Shown here: piece after piece, positions 8,997 to 19,153 of the stretch
Numbering within the stretch: position 1 is the first letter of the stretch
Layout: every line of letters starts with the position of its first letter
Assembly: GCA_964507705.1 (NCBI GenBank)
Contig: CAZDRA010000005.1
Span: forward strand, 1,353-65,352
DNA: 64,000 nt
Source of the DNA: an uncultured Roseivirgaceae bacterium
GTDB lineage: Bacteria > Bacteroidota > Bacteroidia > Cytophagales > Cyclobacteriaceae
Direction of reading: 5' to 3'
The notes under the pieces: generated by a model
Told to the model about the DNA's origin: nothing
Databases searched by the model: none
Seen by the model: the letters and a program-made list of their open reading frames with translations, nothing else
Made by a program: the position numbers and the translations under genes

Positions 8997-10274
8997 TTAA
9001 AATCCGCCCCTGTAACTATATGCTTTGGCAACCTTGTCAATGGCGACAATATATGCTGCAATGCGCAAAGTTACATCATATTTTATAGATGTTTTATAAA
9101 CATTGGCAAATGCATCGCGCATGATTCTATCGGAACGACGATTGACTCTGTCTCTTGTCCACTTATATCCCAATCTGTTTTGAACCCATTCAAAATAAGA
9201 GACTGTTACCCCGCCTGCATTGGCCAAAATATCCGGAACTACCACAATGCCTTTTTCTGCTATGATATCATCAGCTTTGGCAGATGTTGGCCCATTTGCT
9301 CCTTCTACAATAAGTCGCGCTTGGATTTTGTCTGCATTTTTCATGGTGATCACATCTTCCAAGGCCGCTGGTACTAACACATCAACCGGCAGCATCAATA
9401 AATCATCTGCATGATCCATTTTTTCAGCACCATCAAAATTTTCTAATGTCCCTTTGTTATCCTTACTATAGATTATCGCTTTTTCAATATCAATACCATC
9501 TTTATTATAATATGCTCCCGTAATATCACTTATAACTATGATTTTCGTACCTCGCTCTGCAAGCAATTGCGCTGCATTGGAACCCACATTGCCAAATCCT
9601 TGAACAGCGACTGTGCTATTGTATGGATTAATTTTAAGTTTTTCCAGAGCAGAAAGTGTAGATACCATCACGCCTCGTCCAGTCGCTTCGACTCTTCCTT
9701 CCGACCCACCCAAAACTGCTGGTTTGCCAGTGACCACACCATTTACAGTCATACTGCTGTTTCGAGAATATTGGTCCATCATCCACGCCATTTCTCGTTG
9801 GCCAGTACCCATATCCGGAGCAGGAATGTCAGTGTCAGGGCCAAAGACATCAAACAATGAGGTAGTATATGCACGTGTCAATCTCTCTATTTCACCAGAT
9901 GACATTTCCCTGGGATTACAGCATATTCCACCCTTTGCTCCACCAAATGGGATATCGACTACGGCACATTTCCAGGTCATCCAGGCAGCCAATGCTTTTA
10001 CCTCATCAAGATTTACATGCGGATCAAACCTCACACCACCTTTTGATGGACCCAGAACATTGTTATGAATCACCCTGTAAGCCTCAAAAACTTTTATAGA
10101 CCCGTTGTCCATGGTTATTGGAATATTGATGATCACCTGTTTGTCGGGAGATTTCAATACATTGAAAGTTTCTTCATTTAGCCCAAGATGCTTGGCTGCA
10201 ATGATAAATCTGGACATCATAGACTCGAAAGGATTTTCCTTGTCGGTGATTGGTGCAGGCTCGATATACTCCAT
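8997..10274 (-). CDS. gdh: Glu/Leu/Phe/Val-family glutamate dehydrogenase
   Basis: Catalytic-lysine region IPFGGAKGGICCNP and dinucleotide fold VAVQGFGNVGSNAAQLL. 425 aa. Confidence 0.9.
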   Translation of the reverse strand: MEYIEPAPITDKENPFESMMSRFIIAAKHLGLNEETFNVLKSPDKQVIINIPITMDNGSIKVFEAYRVIHNNVLGPSKGGVRFDPHVNLDEVKALAAWMTWKCAVVDIPFGGAKGGICCNPREMSSGEIERLTRAYTTSLFDVFGPDTDIPAPDMGTGQREMAWMMDQYSRNSSMTVNGVVTGKPAVLGGSEGRVEATGRGVMVSTLSALEKLKINPYNSTVAVQGFGNVGSNAAQLLAERGTKIIVISDITGAYYNKDGIDIEKAIIYSKDNKGTLENFDGAEKMDHADDLLMLPVDVLVPAALEDVITMKNADKIQARLIVEGANGPTSAKADDIIAEKGIVVVPDILANAGGVTVSYFEWVQNRLGYKWTRDRVNRRSDRIMRDAFANVYKTSIKYDVTLRIAAYIVAIDKVAKAYSYRGGF

Positions 10275-10388
10275 TATTTCAGATTAAAATTTACAACAGT
10301 TAAGAGAGCCCAATTTATAATTTTTTTTGCTTAGATATTCCTTTGGTTTTAGATAAAGCCTGATTCAATTTTAATGACTACCAAAAAA

Positions 10389-11864
10389 TTATTTTCTACT
10401 GTATTTACTTACTAATATTCCTACAACTATGGCGAGCAAAAAAGAAGGGAATAGCTCTGCGAGTTCGGTAAAATAAATACCAATTGTTGGAATGCTTGGA
10501 ATGATAAACTTAAACAAGGGAACGCACAGAAACCCAGTGACCATGGAAGCAATGGCACCTTTTTCATTATAACCTTTATAAAAAAGTGACAGGATGATTA
10601 CGGGGCAAAAGGTTGCTGCAATACCCGACCAGCCAAATATGATAAACCAGAATATGGTTCTCTCTGGTGTTGTTACCGCAATGATCATGGCAAGGGCAAA
10701 AGAAAATAGCGCAATGCCTAATGTTACATATCGAGAGGTACGCGCAAGATCCACTTCTTTGATTTCAGGATGAAATATTTTTTGATAGAAGTCACGTGTT
10801 ACAGCACTTGAGGCAAGTACTAATAACGAATCTACAGTTGACATGATGGCCGACAACACAGCTGCGATATAAATGCCAATGATTATTGTTGGAAAAATAT
10901 TATCAACAAGCAAGGGCAATACATTTTGAGCTCCATTGCCCATAATGACCTCAACATCTTGCCCGACATCTGTAAGCAGGTATCTGCCAAGGATCCCGAT
11001 TGACACTGCAGAAACATCAGTAAGGATCGTAAATGCAATAGCTACCCATCTACCTTTGTTAATTTCTCCTTCATTTTTAATGGACATAAATCGCACAAAT
11101 ACCTGTGGCGAACCCAGAAAACCAAGTCCTATGAAAAATAAACCACCGATTGTCATAAGGCTCAGTAAGGAGAATCCTCCGGCTCCCCAAATTGATAAAA
11201 GAGCAGGATCTATTTGGTTGAGACCAGAAAGGATCTCGTCTTTATTATCTATGGCCATATATGCCGCAATTGGCAACATTACCAAACCAAAAAGCATGAT
11301 TAAGCCCTGGAATAGATCTGACCAGGCAACTGCTACAAAGCCCCCTGAAAAAATATAAGCAACCACAATAGCAAACCCAACAACAGCACCAATGTAATAA
11401 TTCCATCCAAGAAATGATTCAAAAGCTGCCCCGGTAGCGTCAATTTGGGCACTTACGTAAATGATAACAAATATTGTAAGTGTTGCGGCAGAAATTATAC
11501 GTAATAGGTGGTTTGTAGACTTGAAATGGCTTTCTAAATAATCTGGTATGGTAATAGAGTCATATTGGTCTGTGAGTCTTTTGAAAGGTTTTGCCATAAA
11601 AAACCAGGATATAGCTACTCCGGCAACCTCACCTAACACTACCCAAAATCCCTGAACACCAATCATTGCACCCATTCCGGTCAGACCAAGGAGTAGCCAA
11701 CCAGACTCTCCTGAGGCGCGAGCAGAAAAAGCTACGACCCAAAAACCTAGTTTTTTCCCGCCTACATAATAATCTTTTAGACTTTTGATCTTTCTAGAAG
11801 CGAAGAATCCTATTCCAAATAGAATTCCAAAATAAATTATCAATATTATGTACTTGGTTAACAT
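10389..11864 (-). CDS. sodium:solute symporter family transporter (PutP/PanF-like)
   Basis: 491 aa, roughly 13 TM helices, with SSS-family signatures (GGKKLGFWVVAFSARASGESGWLLLG). Confidence 0.85.
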   Translation of the reverse strand: MLTKYIILIIYFGILFGIGFFASRKIKSLKDYYVGGKKLGFWVVAFSARASGESGWLLLGLTGMGAMIGVQGFWVVLGEVAGVAISWFFMAKPFKRLTDQYDSITIPDYLESHFKSTNHLLRIISAATLTIFVIIYVSAQIDATGAAFESFLGWNYYIGAVVGFAIVVAYIFSGGFVAVAWSDLFQGLIMLFGLVMLPIAAYMAIDNKDEILSGLNQIDPALLSIWGAGGFSLLSLMTIGGLFFIGLGFLGSPQVFVRFMSIKNEGEINKGRWVAIAFTILTDVSAVSIGILGRYLLTDVGQDVEVIMGNGAQNVLPLLVDNIFPTIIIGIYIAAVLSAIMSTVDSLLVLASSAVTRDFYQKIFHPEIKEVDLARTSRYVTLGIALFSFALAMIIAVTTPERTIFWFIIFGWSGIAATFCPVIILSLFYKGYNEKGAIASMVTGFLCVPLFKFIIPSIPTIGIYFTELAELFPSFLLAIVVGILVSKYSRK

Positions 11865-12094
11865 TTTGTATTTGTTTTTAATGTGAAGTCACTAAGTCCA
11901 TAATAGCTTAGTAAAGAAAAGGAAAAAGGAACAGGGTTATTTTTTTCGCAAAACTGTGGCAAATAATAATAGCCTTCACTTGGTTCAATAAAATCTTCTT
12001 TCATCTGTCAGGTTAAAAAAATAGGTTTTTGTTTGCGTCCAAATAAAGCGTACTCAAACTATTGGGATTAAATCTTAAACTACATAACATTAAT

Positions 12095-13432
12095 CTAATT
12101 GCAATACGCATCTGCAACTGAAATGGCTTTGGAAATAATATCCAACCCTTCATCCATTTGCTCCTTTGTTATATTTAATGGAGGAGTTATGAAGATGTAA
12201 TTCCACCGAACAAAAGTGAACATACCCAGTTCTTTGATCTTGGCAGTTACCTGGTTCATTATTTCCATTTGATCTGGTTTAGCATTCCAGGGCGCCATTG
12301 GTTCTTTGGTTTCCCTGTTTTTCACCAGCTCAATACAGCCGAGTAAACCCGTATTTCTAAAATCACCAATGGAAGGATGCTTTTGAGTCAATTGCGCTAC
12401 CCTAAGCTCCAGATAATGCCCCATTTCTGTAGTCTTATTTAGCAGATCTTCGTCTTCAGTAACTTTGATGACGGCCAATGCAGCGGCGCACGAAACAGCA
12501 TGTGCAGAGTAGGTCAATCCTAACGGTAGCGGTCGATCTTTAAAGCTATCCGCAATTCGATCACTTACAATCAGACCACCTAAAGGCAAGTAACCTGAAG
12601 TAAGCCCTTTGGCCATACAAATGATATCAGGTTCGACCCCATGATGTTCTATAGCAAACCATTTACCTGTTCTTCCGAATCCGCTCATTACCTCATCATC
12701 TATCAATAGAATGCCGTATTGATCGGCAATTTCTCTTATCCTTGCCCAGTATCCGGGAGGGTATTTGATGCAACCTGAAGAACCCGATTCACCCTCCAAT
12801 AATATAGCTGCCACATTTTCCGGATTTTCATATTGGACAATACGCTCCAAGTGAGCTGCACTACGTTCGGCACACTCTTCAGGAGTTCTGCTATGCCAGG
12901 GGCACCTATAGAAGTATGGGTTTTCTACATGAATCATATTGGGAACTTGCTGGCTGTCAACAGCATGTTTTCGGGGATCTCCTCCGGCAGAAAATGCGCC
13001 ATAAGTTGCTCCATGAAAAGAGCGGTATAGGGCGATTATCTTATGTCTTCCAGTATAAACCCGCGCTACCTTTATAGCATTATCTATGGCATCTGCACCT
13101 CCCAAGGTAAAAAAAGTTTTGTTCAATGACCTCGGAGCCAACTCGGCAAGCTTTTTACCCAAGTCCCCTCTGGCTTTGGTAATGGCTCCTGGAAAGACGT
13201 AGCTTATCTCATCCATCTGTTGAGCTACAGCTTCCCGAATTGCTGGGTTTCCATGCCCAATATTGACATTCATCAGTTGAGAAGAAAAATCGATATACCG
13301 CTTGCCATCCCTGTCGTAAAAATAAACCCCTTCTGCCTTTTCAACATTCATGGGGTTTAGTCCATCTTGCTTTGACCATGAGAACATTGTATGGCCAAGG
13401 TTATTCTGTAAAATTTGTTCTTTTTCTGTCAT
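12095..13432 (-). CDS. class III (omega) aminotransferase, PLP-dependent
   Basis: LLIDDEVMSGFGRTGKWFA and the Schiff-base lysine region DIICMAKGLTSGYLPLG. Confidence 0.85.
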   Translation of the reverse strand: MTEKEQILQNNLGHTMFSWSKQDGLNPMNVEKAEGVYFYDRDGKRYIDFSSQLMNVNIGHGNPAIREAVAQQMDEISYVFPGAITKARGDLGKKLAELAPRSLNKTFFTLGGADAIDNAIKVARVYTGRHKIIALYRSFHGATYGAFSAGGDPRKHAVDSQQVPNMIHVENPYFYRCPWHSRTPEECAERSAAHLERIVQYENPENVAAILLEGESGSSGCIKYPPGYWARIREIADQYGILLIDDEVMSGFGRTGKWFAIEHHGVEPDIICMAKGLTSGYLPLGGLIVSDRIADSFKDRPLPLGLTYSAHAVSCAAALAVIKVTEDEDLLNKTTEMGHYLELRVAQLTQKHPSIGDFRNTGLLGCIELVKNRETKEPMAPWNAKPDQMEIMNQVTAKIKELGMFTFVRWNYIFITPPLNITKEQMDEGLDIISKAISVADAYCN

Positions 13433-13548
13433 ATTTTTCTTTTTATGGTAGTAAACTGCTCGCCAAAAATATTATTTATTTGAATTAAATCTACAGATCC
13501 ACTCGATAATTATTTCTATATTATAATCATCAATTAACTTCGTGTGAA

Positions 13549-13731
13549 CTACCCTGCGCCAGGAGCGCAGGGCGTCTTAAATATCAAACAACTAAGTTGT
13601 TTGATATCGGGATCTTTACCTTGCTTCTTTATATAATTCTCTATTATGCTTCTATCCCCTTTCCCACTTATTGATCCTATATAATAGCCATCTGACCAAT
13701 ATTCACATCCACATAATTGTCGCTCTACCAT
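13549..13731 (-). pseudogene. C-terminal relic of an IS200/IS605-family Y1 transposase (TnpA)
   Basis: EYWSDGYYIGSISGKGDRSIIENYIKKQ matches the conserved C terminus of IS200 TnpA (pattern FW.RGYYV.TVG....I..YIK.Q). An in-frame stop lies 3 codons upstream of the Met. The ~110 N-terminal residues, including the HUH motif, are absent. Confidence 0.5.
13552..13607. repeat. two hairpins at the 3' end of the TnpA relic (possible IS right-end structures)
   Basis: ccctgcgc-cagga-gcgcaggg (13552-13572, 8-bp stem) and atatcaaacaac-taa-gttgtttgatat (13581-13607, 12-bp perfect arms), both seen directly. Confidence 0.6.
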
Positions 13732-13834
13732 TTGATGAAATTAACAATTATCCTTTTTCGAAGGATGGCAAGAAATCAATTCTTGTTAATTTGCATATTG
13801 AACGATTCAATTACTATTTCCCAAATTATTCGAA

Positions 13835-14788
13835 TTATGAAACCAAACAACTTTTCAATCCTTTCTCAAGAGGTTTTCTTTTTACATTATTACCAATAAA
13901 AACTATTTTACTTTTTCGTACTTCACCTTCTTGCCAAGAGCTACCAATTTCTATTTTGCTATTGGATCGTACAGATTGAAAAATGATTTTATGTGTTTCA
14001 TTTTCAAAATTGAGTATGCCTTTGATCCTGTAGATTTGGTATCCGCTAAGAAATAAAAGCATACTGATCCAGTGCTCAAATTTGTTTGCTTTTAGCGGTT
14101 CTTTAAATTCAAAACTATGCGCCACCAATTCGGGATGATGGTGATGGCGGTGTGGGTTGAGCAATTTATTTTCAAGCTGATTTCCATTGTACGCCCTGAG
14201 ATTTAATACGTCTTTTTCTATGTTTCCAAAACTGCACTCATATATTGGTGCTTCGGCATTATATTTATTTATTTCTTCTTTTGCTACCTGCAATTGCTCC
14301 TTGGTTACGAGATCATATTTGTTCAGTAAAACCACATCTGCAAATGATATTTGTTTGTGAACTTCCCCGCGCTCTTCCAAGTTTTTGACAATATCCTTTG
14401 CATCGGCAAGGCAAATAGTTCCGTCAAGGAAAAACTTTGTTTCTTTATTGTTTCCAATAAATGCTGTTGCAATACCATCTGGTTCAGCGATGCCTGTGGT
14501 TTCAATAATCAAATGGTTAAAATTGTATTTGTCACTTGTGAGTTTCTGAAGCAATTCACCAAGTTCAACATTTAGCGAACAGCAAATACATCCATTGGCC
14601 ATCTCAAAAATTCCATCCTTGGCATTGATTACCAGCTCCTGATCAATAGGTATATCTCCAAATTCATTTTCAATGATGGCAAATTTTTTGTCTGGGTTAT
14701 TTGCAATTAATTTATTCAACAGGGTTGTCTTGCCTGCACCCAAGAATCCTGTAATGATGGTTACTGGAATTTTATTGCTTTTTGTCAT
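13835..14788 (-). CDS. COG0523/CobW-family GTPase metallochaperone (zinc-chaperone type)
   Basis: P-loop [12 protein letters not shown], the CXCC metal motif GCICCS, and a His stretch [11 protein letters not shown] place the start at the ATG at 14786-14788 (MTKSNKIPV). The longer track ORF to 14890 would run through yidD. Confidence 0.85.
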   Translation of the reverse strand: MTKSNKIPVTIITGFLGAGKTTLLNKLIANNPDKKFAIIENEFGDIPIDQELVINAKDGIFEMANGCICCSLNVELGELLQKLTSDKYNFNHLIIETTGIAEPDGIATAFIGNNKETKFFLDGTICLADAKDIVKNLEERGEVHKQISFADVVLLNKYDLVTKEQLQVAKEEINKYNAEAPIYECSFGNIEKDVLNLRAYNGNQLENKLLNPHRHHHHPELVAHSFEFKEPLKANKFEHWISMLLFLSGYQIYRIKGILNFENETHKIIFQSVRSNSKIEIGSSWQEGEVRKSKIVFIGNNVKRKPLEKGLKSCLVS

Positions 14789-15029
14789 GGTCGTGGTCTT
14801 TGTGTGGCACTGGGTCGTAGCCACTTCCGCCCCATGGATGGCAGCTACCAATACGCTTGATGCCGAGCATAAACCCTTTCCAGGGCCCATGGGTTTTTAA
14901 GGCTTCTACCATATATTGTGAGCAGGAGGGGGTGTACCGGCATGTCCCAGGGAATAGCGGAGAAATGGCATATTGGTAAAATCGTACCAAACCAACCAGT
15001 AGCATTGAAAATATGTTTTTCATTCTCAA
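14772..15029 (-). CDS. yidD: membrane protein insertion efficiency factor YidD
   Basis: [31 protein letters not shown]...[13 protein letters not shown] is the canonical YidD sequence. A His/Asp-rich tail [10 protein letters not shown] follows. Confidence 0.85.
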   Translation of the reverse strand: MRMKNIFSMLLVGLVRFYQYAISPLFPGTCRYTPSCSQYMVEALKTHGPWKGFMLGIKRIGSCHPWGGSGYDPVPHKDHDHDKKQ

Positions 15030-15098
15030 AATTGCCTTTAGGGAAACCCTATTAATTTAATGCAATATACTAGCCTATTGACATTGTCCAATGCAGGT

Positions 15099-16427
15099 TT
15101 ACTCATACCGTAATGATGTAATTGGGTCTTGGCTGGCGGCTCGTTTGGCAGGGGCATAGCCAAAAATAACGCCTATTGACACAGCAACGCCAAAGGATAT
15201 CAGGATAGAATAAAAGCTTAAAATGGTTGGGATATCAGCTAATTCAGAAACACCAATAGCAATGGTGCTTCCGAGAATTATTCCTACCACGCCGCCGCTA
15301 ACAGAAATCATCACGGCTTCCAAGAGAAACTGGTAAGATATATCTGATTTTTTTGCTCCAATAGACATACGCAGCCCTATTTCTTTAATCCGCTCTAGCA
15401 CAGAAGCCAACATGATATTCATAATACCTATACCACCTACCAAAAGAGAAATACCGGCAATTGCGCCTAACACAAAATTGAAAATACTCTTTGTTCGCTG
15501 TTGTTGCTTCAATAATAATTCAGGGATTGTGATTTCATAGTCCACAATATTTTTGTGTTTTCGTTTCAAGATTTTTGCAATTACCTGAGCTATGCCATTC
15601 AATTGATCAGAAGAAGAAACCTGCACTACCAGCCGATCTAATTGATGATAGTTTGTAAATTTTTCACGTTCTTCAGGGTCCGATCTGTTAAATAATTTGA
15701 TTGCCGCTTCGGTAACTAACCCTCTGTTTTCATAGCGGATCAGCACAGTTTTCAAAGTGGTATAAACATCCATATTATAATTTCTGATACCAAGATTAGA
15801 GATGCTCTTTTTAGAAATGTGTCTCTCTTCCAGAACCCCAACCACCTTTAACCAATGATTGCCCACTTTAATCTTTTTTCCTATAGGATTTTCTCGACTA
15901 AAAAATTTTGCCTGAATGCTTTTTCCGATAATGCAAACCGGCTTTCCCTGGCTGATATGTTCTTGGTTGAAATACTTCCCCTGGGCCAGCTGAAATCCCG
16001 AAAGGCGAAAATAGTTGTTCTCTATCCCAACGAGCTTGGCACTTCGCCTTATGGCATTTTTTATAACATAGGTATCGATGATAATCTCAGGGCTAACGCT
16101 TTCGATTCCTGTAAGTACATTCTCAATACTTTTTGCATCAAGTAGGGAAAGTCCCGGGGAAAGTTTTTTTTCTGAACCTTCGTTACTTTCTCCTTCACTG
16201 AGATCAGATTCATTCTGCTCTATAATTGGCGTGATAACTATATTATTTACACCAACCAATTTTATTTGCTCCAGGATTTCTTCTTGTGCTCCCGACCCAA
16301 TAGCCATCATTGCTATTACAGCTGCAACACCAAAGATAATTCCGAGTCCCGTAAGTAACGAACGTAATTTATTTGCCAAGACTGCCTCCAGCGCAATGTC
16401 GAAGTTGGCTATTATTCGCTGATCCAT
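15099..16427 (-). CDS. ABC transporter permease, MacB/FtsX type (no ATPase domain)
   Basis: N-terminal TM, large periplasmic domain, and a C-terminal FtsX 3-TM bundle ending in PAKRAASQDPITSLRYE. Confidence 0.85.
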   Translation of the reverse strand: MDQRIIANFDIALEAVLANKLRSLLTGLGIIFGVAAVIAMMAIGSGAQEEILEQIKLVGVNNIVITPIIEQNESDLSEGESNEGSEKKLSPGLSLLDAKSIENVLTGIESVSPEIIIDTYVIKNAIRRSAKLVGIENNYFRLSGFQLAQGKYFNQEHISQGKPVCIIGKSIQAKFFSRENPIGKKIKVGNHWLKVVGVLEERHISKKSISNLGIRNYNMDVYTTLKTVLIRYENRGLVTEAAIKLFNRSDPEEREKFTNYHQLDRLVVQVSSSDQLNGIAQVIAKILKRKHKNIVDYEITIPELLLKQQQRTKSIFNFVLGAIAGISLLVGGIGIMNIMLASVLERIKEIGLRMSIGAKKSDISYQFLLEAVMISVSGGVVGIILGSTIAIGVSELADIPTILSFYSILISFGVAVSIGVIFGYAPAKRAASQDPITSLRYE

Positions 16428-16433
16428 GATTTG

Positions 16434-17711
16434 CTATTGTAATGTCAATTGTTCGCTAGTTTTTTCCAGTCTTTCAATTTTTTCATCTTCTATGCCATCG
16501 GGATCAGACAAATAGATAAGGTCATTTTCTTTCAGCCCTTTGAGAATTACGACTTCATCGGCATTGGATTTTCCGAGAAATACTTCTTGTTTTACCATGC
16601 CTAAACCATCTCTTTTTATAACATAAGAAATTGAATCTCCTTGCGAGTGCAAAGATTCTACGGGTATAAACAACACATCTTCCAATATGCCTGAAATAAT
16701 TGTGTTGCTTGTAGTCATTCCCGGCCTTAGGGTAGTATCTGACTCATTGATTTCGATGAGCAGCTGAAATACTTTTGCATCGGAGTTTGGCTTTTGCTCT
16801 CCCACATTAGCAATACTTATCACCTTTCCCGAAAGTTTTTTGGAAGGAAAAGCATCCAGGCCAATTTCAACTTCTTGGTCAACTTTTACTGCATTGATAT
16901 CCACTTCATTGATATATGTTTTAGAAACCATCTTACTGAGATCAGGAAGCTTAGCCACCACCGGATCCCATGGTGATATCATACCGCCAACACCTTGTTT
17001 CTGTCCGCGCCAGTTTCGTTTATAAATTACCATTCCCTGTTCAGGAGCCGTAACCGTAAATTTACCGGACAAAATTTTAAGAAAATCAAGTTGATTTTGA
17101 TCGTCCATCATTTTTGCAGCTGCACCTTCTACTTCGGCAATAGATTTTTCTTTTTGTAGCTGATAGTTACCCACTGCCTGATCAAAGGTTCGCTTGGCCT
17201 TTTCCAAATTTATTTCTGACTTTTTTATTTCTGCAGGAGGTTCAAATTGCGATTGGCTTAAAATAATATCCTTTTCTTCGATGTCATACTTTAGGTTAAT
17301 CATTTCGTCGCGCGCTTTTCTCAATTCCAAGGCTGTGTCAAGTCTTGTTTGGGTATATTTCGATAATGATTGTTGCAGGTCTGTTTCTTTTTTCTGGATT
17401 TTATCACCGATTTCCGATTGATCAAGGCGTGCAATATATCCGCCTTTTTCTACAACTGTTCCCTCATCAACAATATTATCGATTTTAACTTGCCAGATAT
17501 TGGCTGTTCTCAACCCATTGGGCCCCATGATTTCAATAGAATTTTTGGCGTCAAGTTCGCCTGTAGTAGTCACGTCCATCCTAAAAACGCCTTTTTTTAC
17601 TTCTGCAAGAACCTCAGAAGAATCAGTATTCATAGATGTAAATTTCTGAAAAAGAAATATTGAAATAATTATACCGACGATAGAAATAGAGATGATTATT
17701 TTCTTATTCAT
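16434..17711 (-). CDS. efflux periplasmic adaptor subunit (HlyD/MacA family)
   Basis: Signal anchor, coiled-coil hairpin region and beta-barrel domains. I place the start at the ATG at 17709-17711 (MNKKIIISISIVG). Confidence 0.8.
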   Translation of the reverse strand: MNKKIIISISIVGIIISIFLFQKFTSMNTDSSEVLAEVKKGVFRMDVTTTGELDAKNSIEIMGPNGLRTANIWQVKIDNIVDEGTVVEKGGYIARLDQSEIGDKIQKKETDLQQSLSKYTQTRLDTALELRKARDEMINLKYDIEEKDIILSQSQFEPPAEIKKSEINLEKAKRTFDQAVGNYQLQKEKSIAEVEGAAAKMMDDQNQLDFLKILSGKFTVTAPEQGMVIYKRNWRGQKQGVGGMISPWDPVVAKLPDLSKMVSKTYINEVDINAVKVDQEVEIGLDAFPSKKLSGKVISIANVGEQKPNSDAKVFQLLIEINESDTTLRPGMTTSNTIISGILEDVLFIPVESLHSQGDSISYVIKRDGLGMVKQEVFLGKSNADEVVILKGLKENDLIYLSDPDGIEDEKIERLEKTSEQLTLQ

Positions 17712-17902
17712 GATTATACAGTTGGCAAGATTTAATGGAGTAGGGTAGTAACGAAAATCAATAAATTTTATGTTTGACAAGTTAGCCAATAATCCATAAA
17801 ATGTCTTTATATGCCTCGAGAATTGCGTTAATCTATTTCACATTATCAGCATATTGTTAATCAAGATTAGCTGGCAAAAATAATTTTTGTTTTGAGAGCC
17901 AC

Positions 17903-18769
17903 CTATTTGCACTCATTATTTTCCAGAGCAAAGAATCTACCTCCATTAATAAAAATCTTATCGTCTTTAATCTCCATGTCCAAAATCAAATCGTCATTTT
18001 TGGTGAAATAGAGATGGAGTTTGCCTTTTTCTCCAATACCCTCAGCTTTCCATGTGCCTTTTTTTCTGCCTTTGTAGGCGCTATTTTCTACCTTGAGCAA
18101 TCCCTTGGTTTTGATTTTTGACCGAAATGTACCATCTGCACAAAGCCAGATTTCGTTCTGCTCTTTGTACTGGGTGCTGGAAAGGTACGACATCATGTAT
18201 TTATCTTTCAGAAACCCAGGCCAGTCAAAATCACCATAGATACTGCCAATGCTTGGTTCTTCAACGCTGGAAGATGCTACCAGCTGATCAAAGTTTTTTC
18301 GATATGTCTCATAAAGATTGACAGGAGACAACAATGCAAGTGTCATTGTCCATCCATGGCCACCGTCAATGGCTACTGCGTACCCTTTGTAAGGTTCCAA
18401 TGAGCCGATAACATCAAATTCTCCAATCATCTGTTTGCCGTTAATTGTCGGTTCGCCTTTTAGGCTTATAACTATCTCATCTGTAAGTGACAATGGATAA
18501 TCCCATTCTTTTCTTAGCTCTCCCATATTCATGTGATTGGCATTTATAAACATATATCCATCGGTATTTCCATTAGGGATCATCAGAAAAACTTCTTCCT
18601 CTTGGGGCAGGGTGCCAAACCATCCTTCAGGGACCACACCTTTGTATCCTACTAATGGAGCAAAAATTTCCTGACCTTGCTCATATACCGCACCGGGTTT
18701 TAAGCGATCTTGAGAAAAGGAATATGTTGTAAGAAATAAAAAGGGTAAAACAAGAGATGGAATTTTCAT
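17903..18769 (-). CDS. hypothetical secreted protein
   Basis: I place the start at 18767-18769 (MKIPSLVLPFLFLTTYSFSQ signal peptide). I recognise no domain. Confidence 0.55.
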   Translation of the reverse strand: MKIPSLVLPFLFLTTYSFSQDRLKPGAVYEQGQEIFAPLVGYKGVVPEGWFGTLPQEEEVFLMIPNGNTDGYMFINANHMNMGELRKEWDYPLSLTDEIVISLKGEPTINGKQMIGEFDVIGSLEPYKGYAVAIDGGHGWTMTLALLSPVNLYETYRKNFDQLVASSSVEEPSIGSIYGDFDWPGFLKDKYMMSYLSSTQYKEQNEIWLCADGTFRSKIKTKGLLKVENSAYKGRKKGTWKAEGIGEKGKLHLYFTKNDDLILDMEIKDDKIFINGGRFFALENNECK

Positions 18770-19069
18770 TTTGATAATATCAGGTTTATGATAAAAGTAA
18801 TTTAAAAAACTTAAATCACACAAATAAAACGAGAATACGCCAGCAGAATTATAATTTCTTTCCCAGTCCTTATTCAAGAATAATTATGACCTAAATATAT
18901 CGCAGGAATAAATGGATTTTATGATATAGATCACCTTAATGAAAATTAAATAAGCTTGCCGTACAGTCAATTTTTGATTCGTTTACAGTATTATTATTTC
19001 ACTCAATGTAAAATAATAATATCGCAACCTTACTTCGTTTGAAGCATGAGCGATTTGAGCTGTTTCTTG

Positions 19070-19085
19070 TGTGACTTAACGCACA
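19070..19085. promoter_or_regulatory. CRP-like palindrome TGTGA-N6-GCACA
   Basis: tgtgacttaacgcaca lies ~215 bp upstream of the reductase ATG. It matches 9/10 of the TGTGA-N6-TCACA consensus. Confidence 0.3.
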
Positions 19086-19153
19086 CTTAATTTGCATTTA
19101 TCTAATATTTCTAAAATTCCTATTTTCAATGATGATATATTTTTTTACCATCT

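Noticed and set aside
9180-10287. Series of plus-strand ORFs (60-151 aa) opposite the glutamate dehydrogenase gene
   Set aside because: They are antisense to a strongly supported gene, low complexity, and overlap one another in several frames.
13671-13979. Plus-strand ORFs of 102 and 60 aa between the TnpA relic and the COG0523 gene
   Set aside because: They are AT-rich low-complexity translations that overlap the 3' end of the COG0523 gene on the other strand.
14789-14890. N-terminal 34-codon extension of the COG0523 ORF in the track
   Set aside because: The extension runs antisense-frame through the conserved part of yidD. The P-loop protein begins naturally at MTKSNKIPV (ATG at 14786-14788). 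The same logic applies to the extensions at 17712-17789, 18770-18877, 24142-24213, 28794-28880, 39073-39114, 48523-48567 and 58890-58922.
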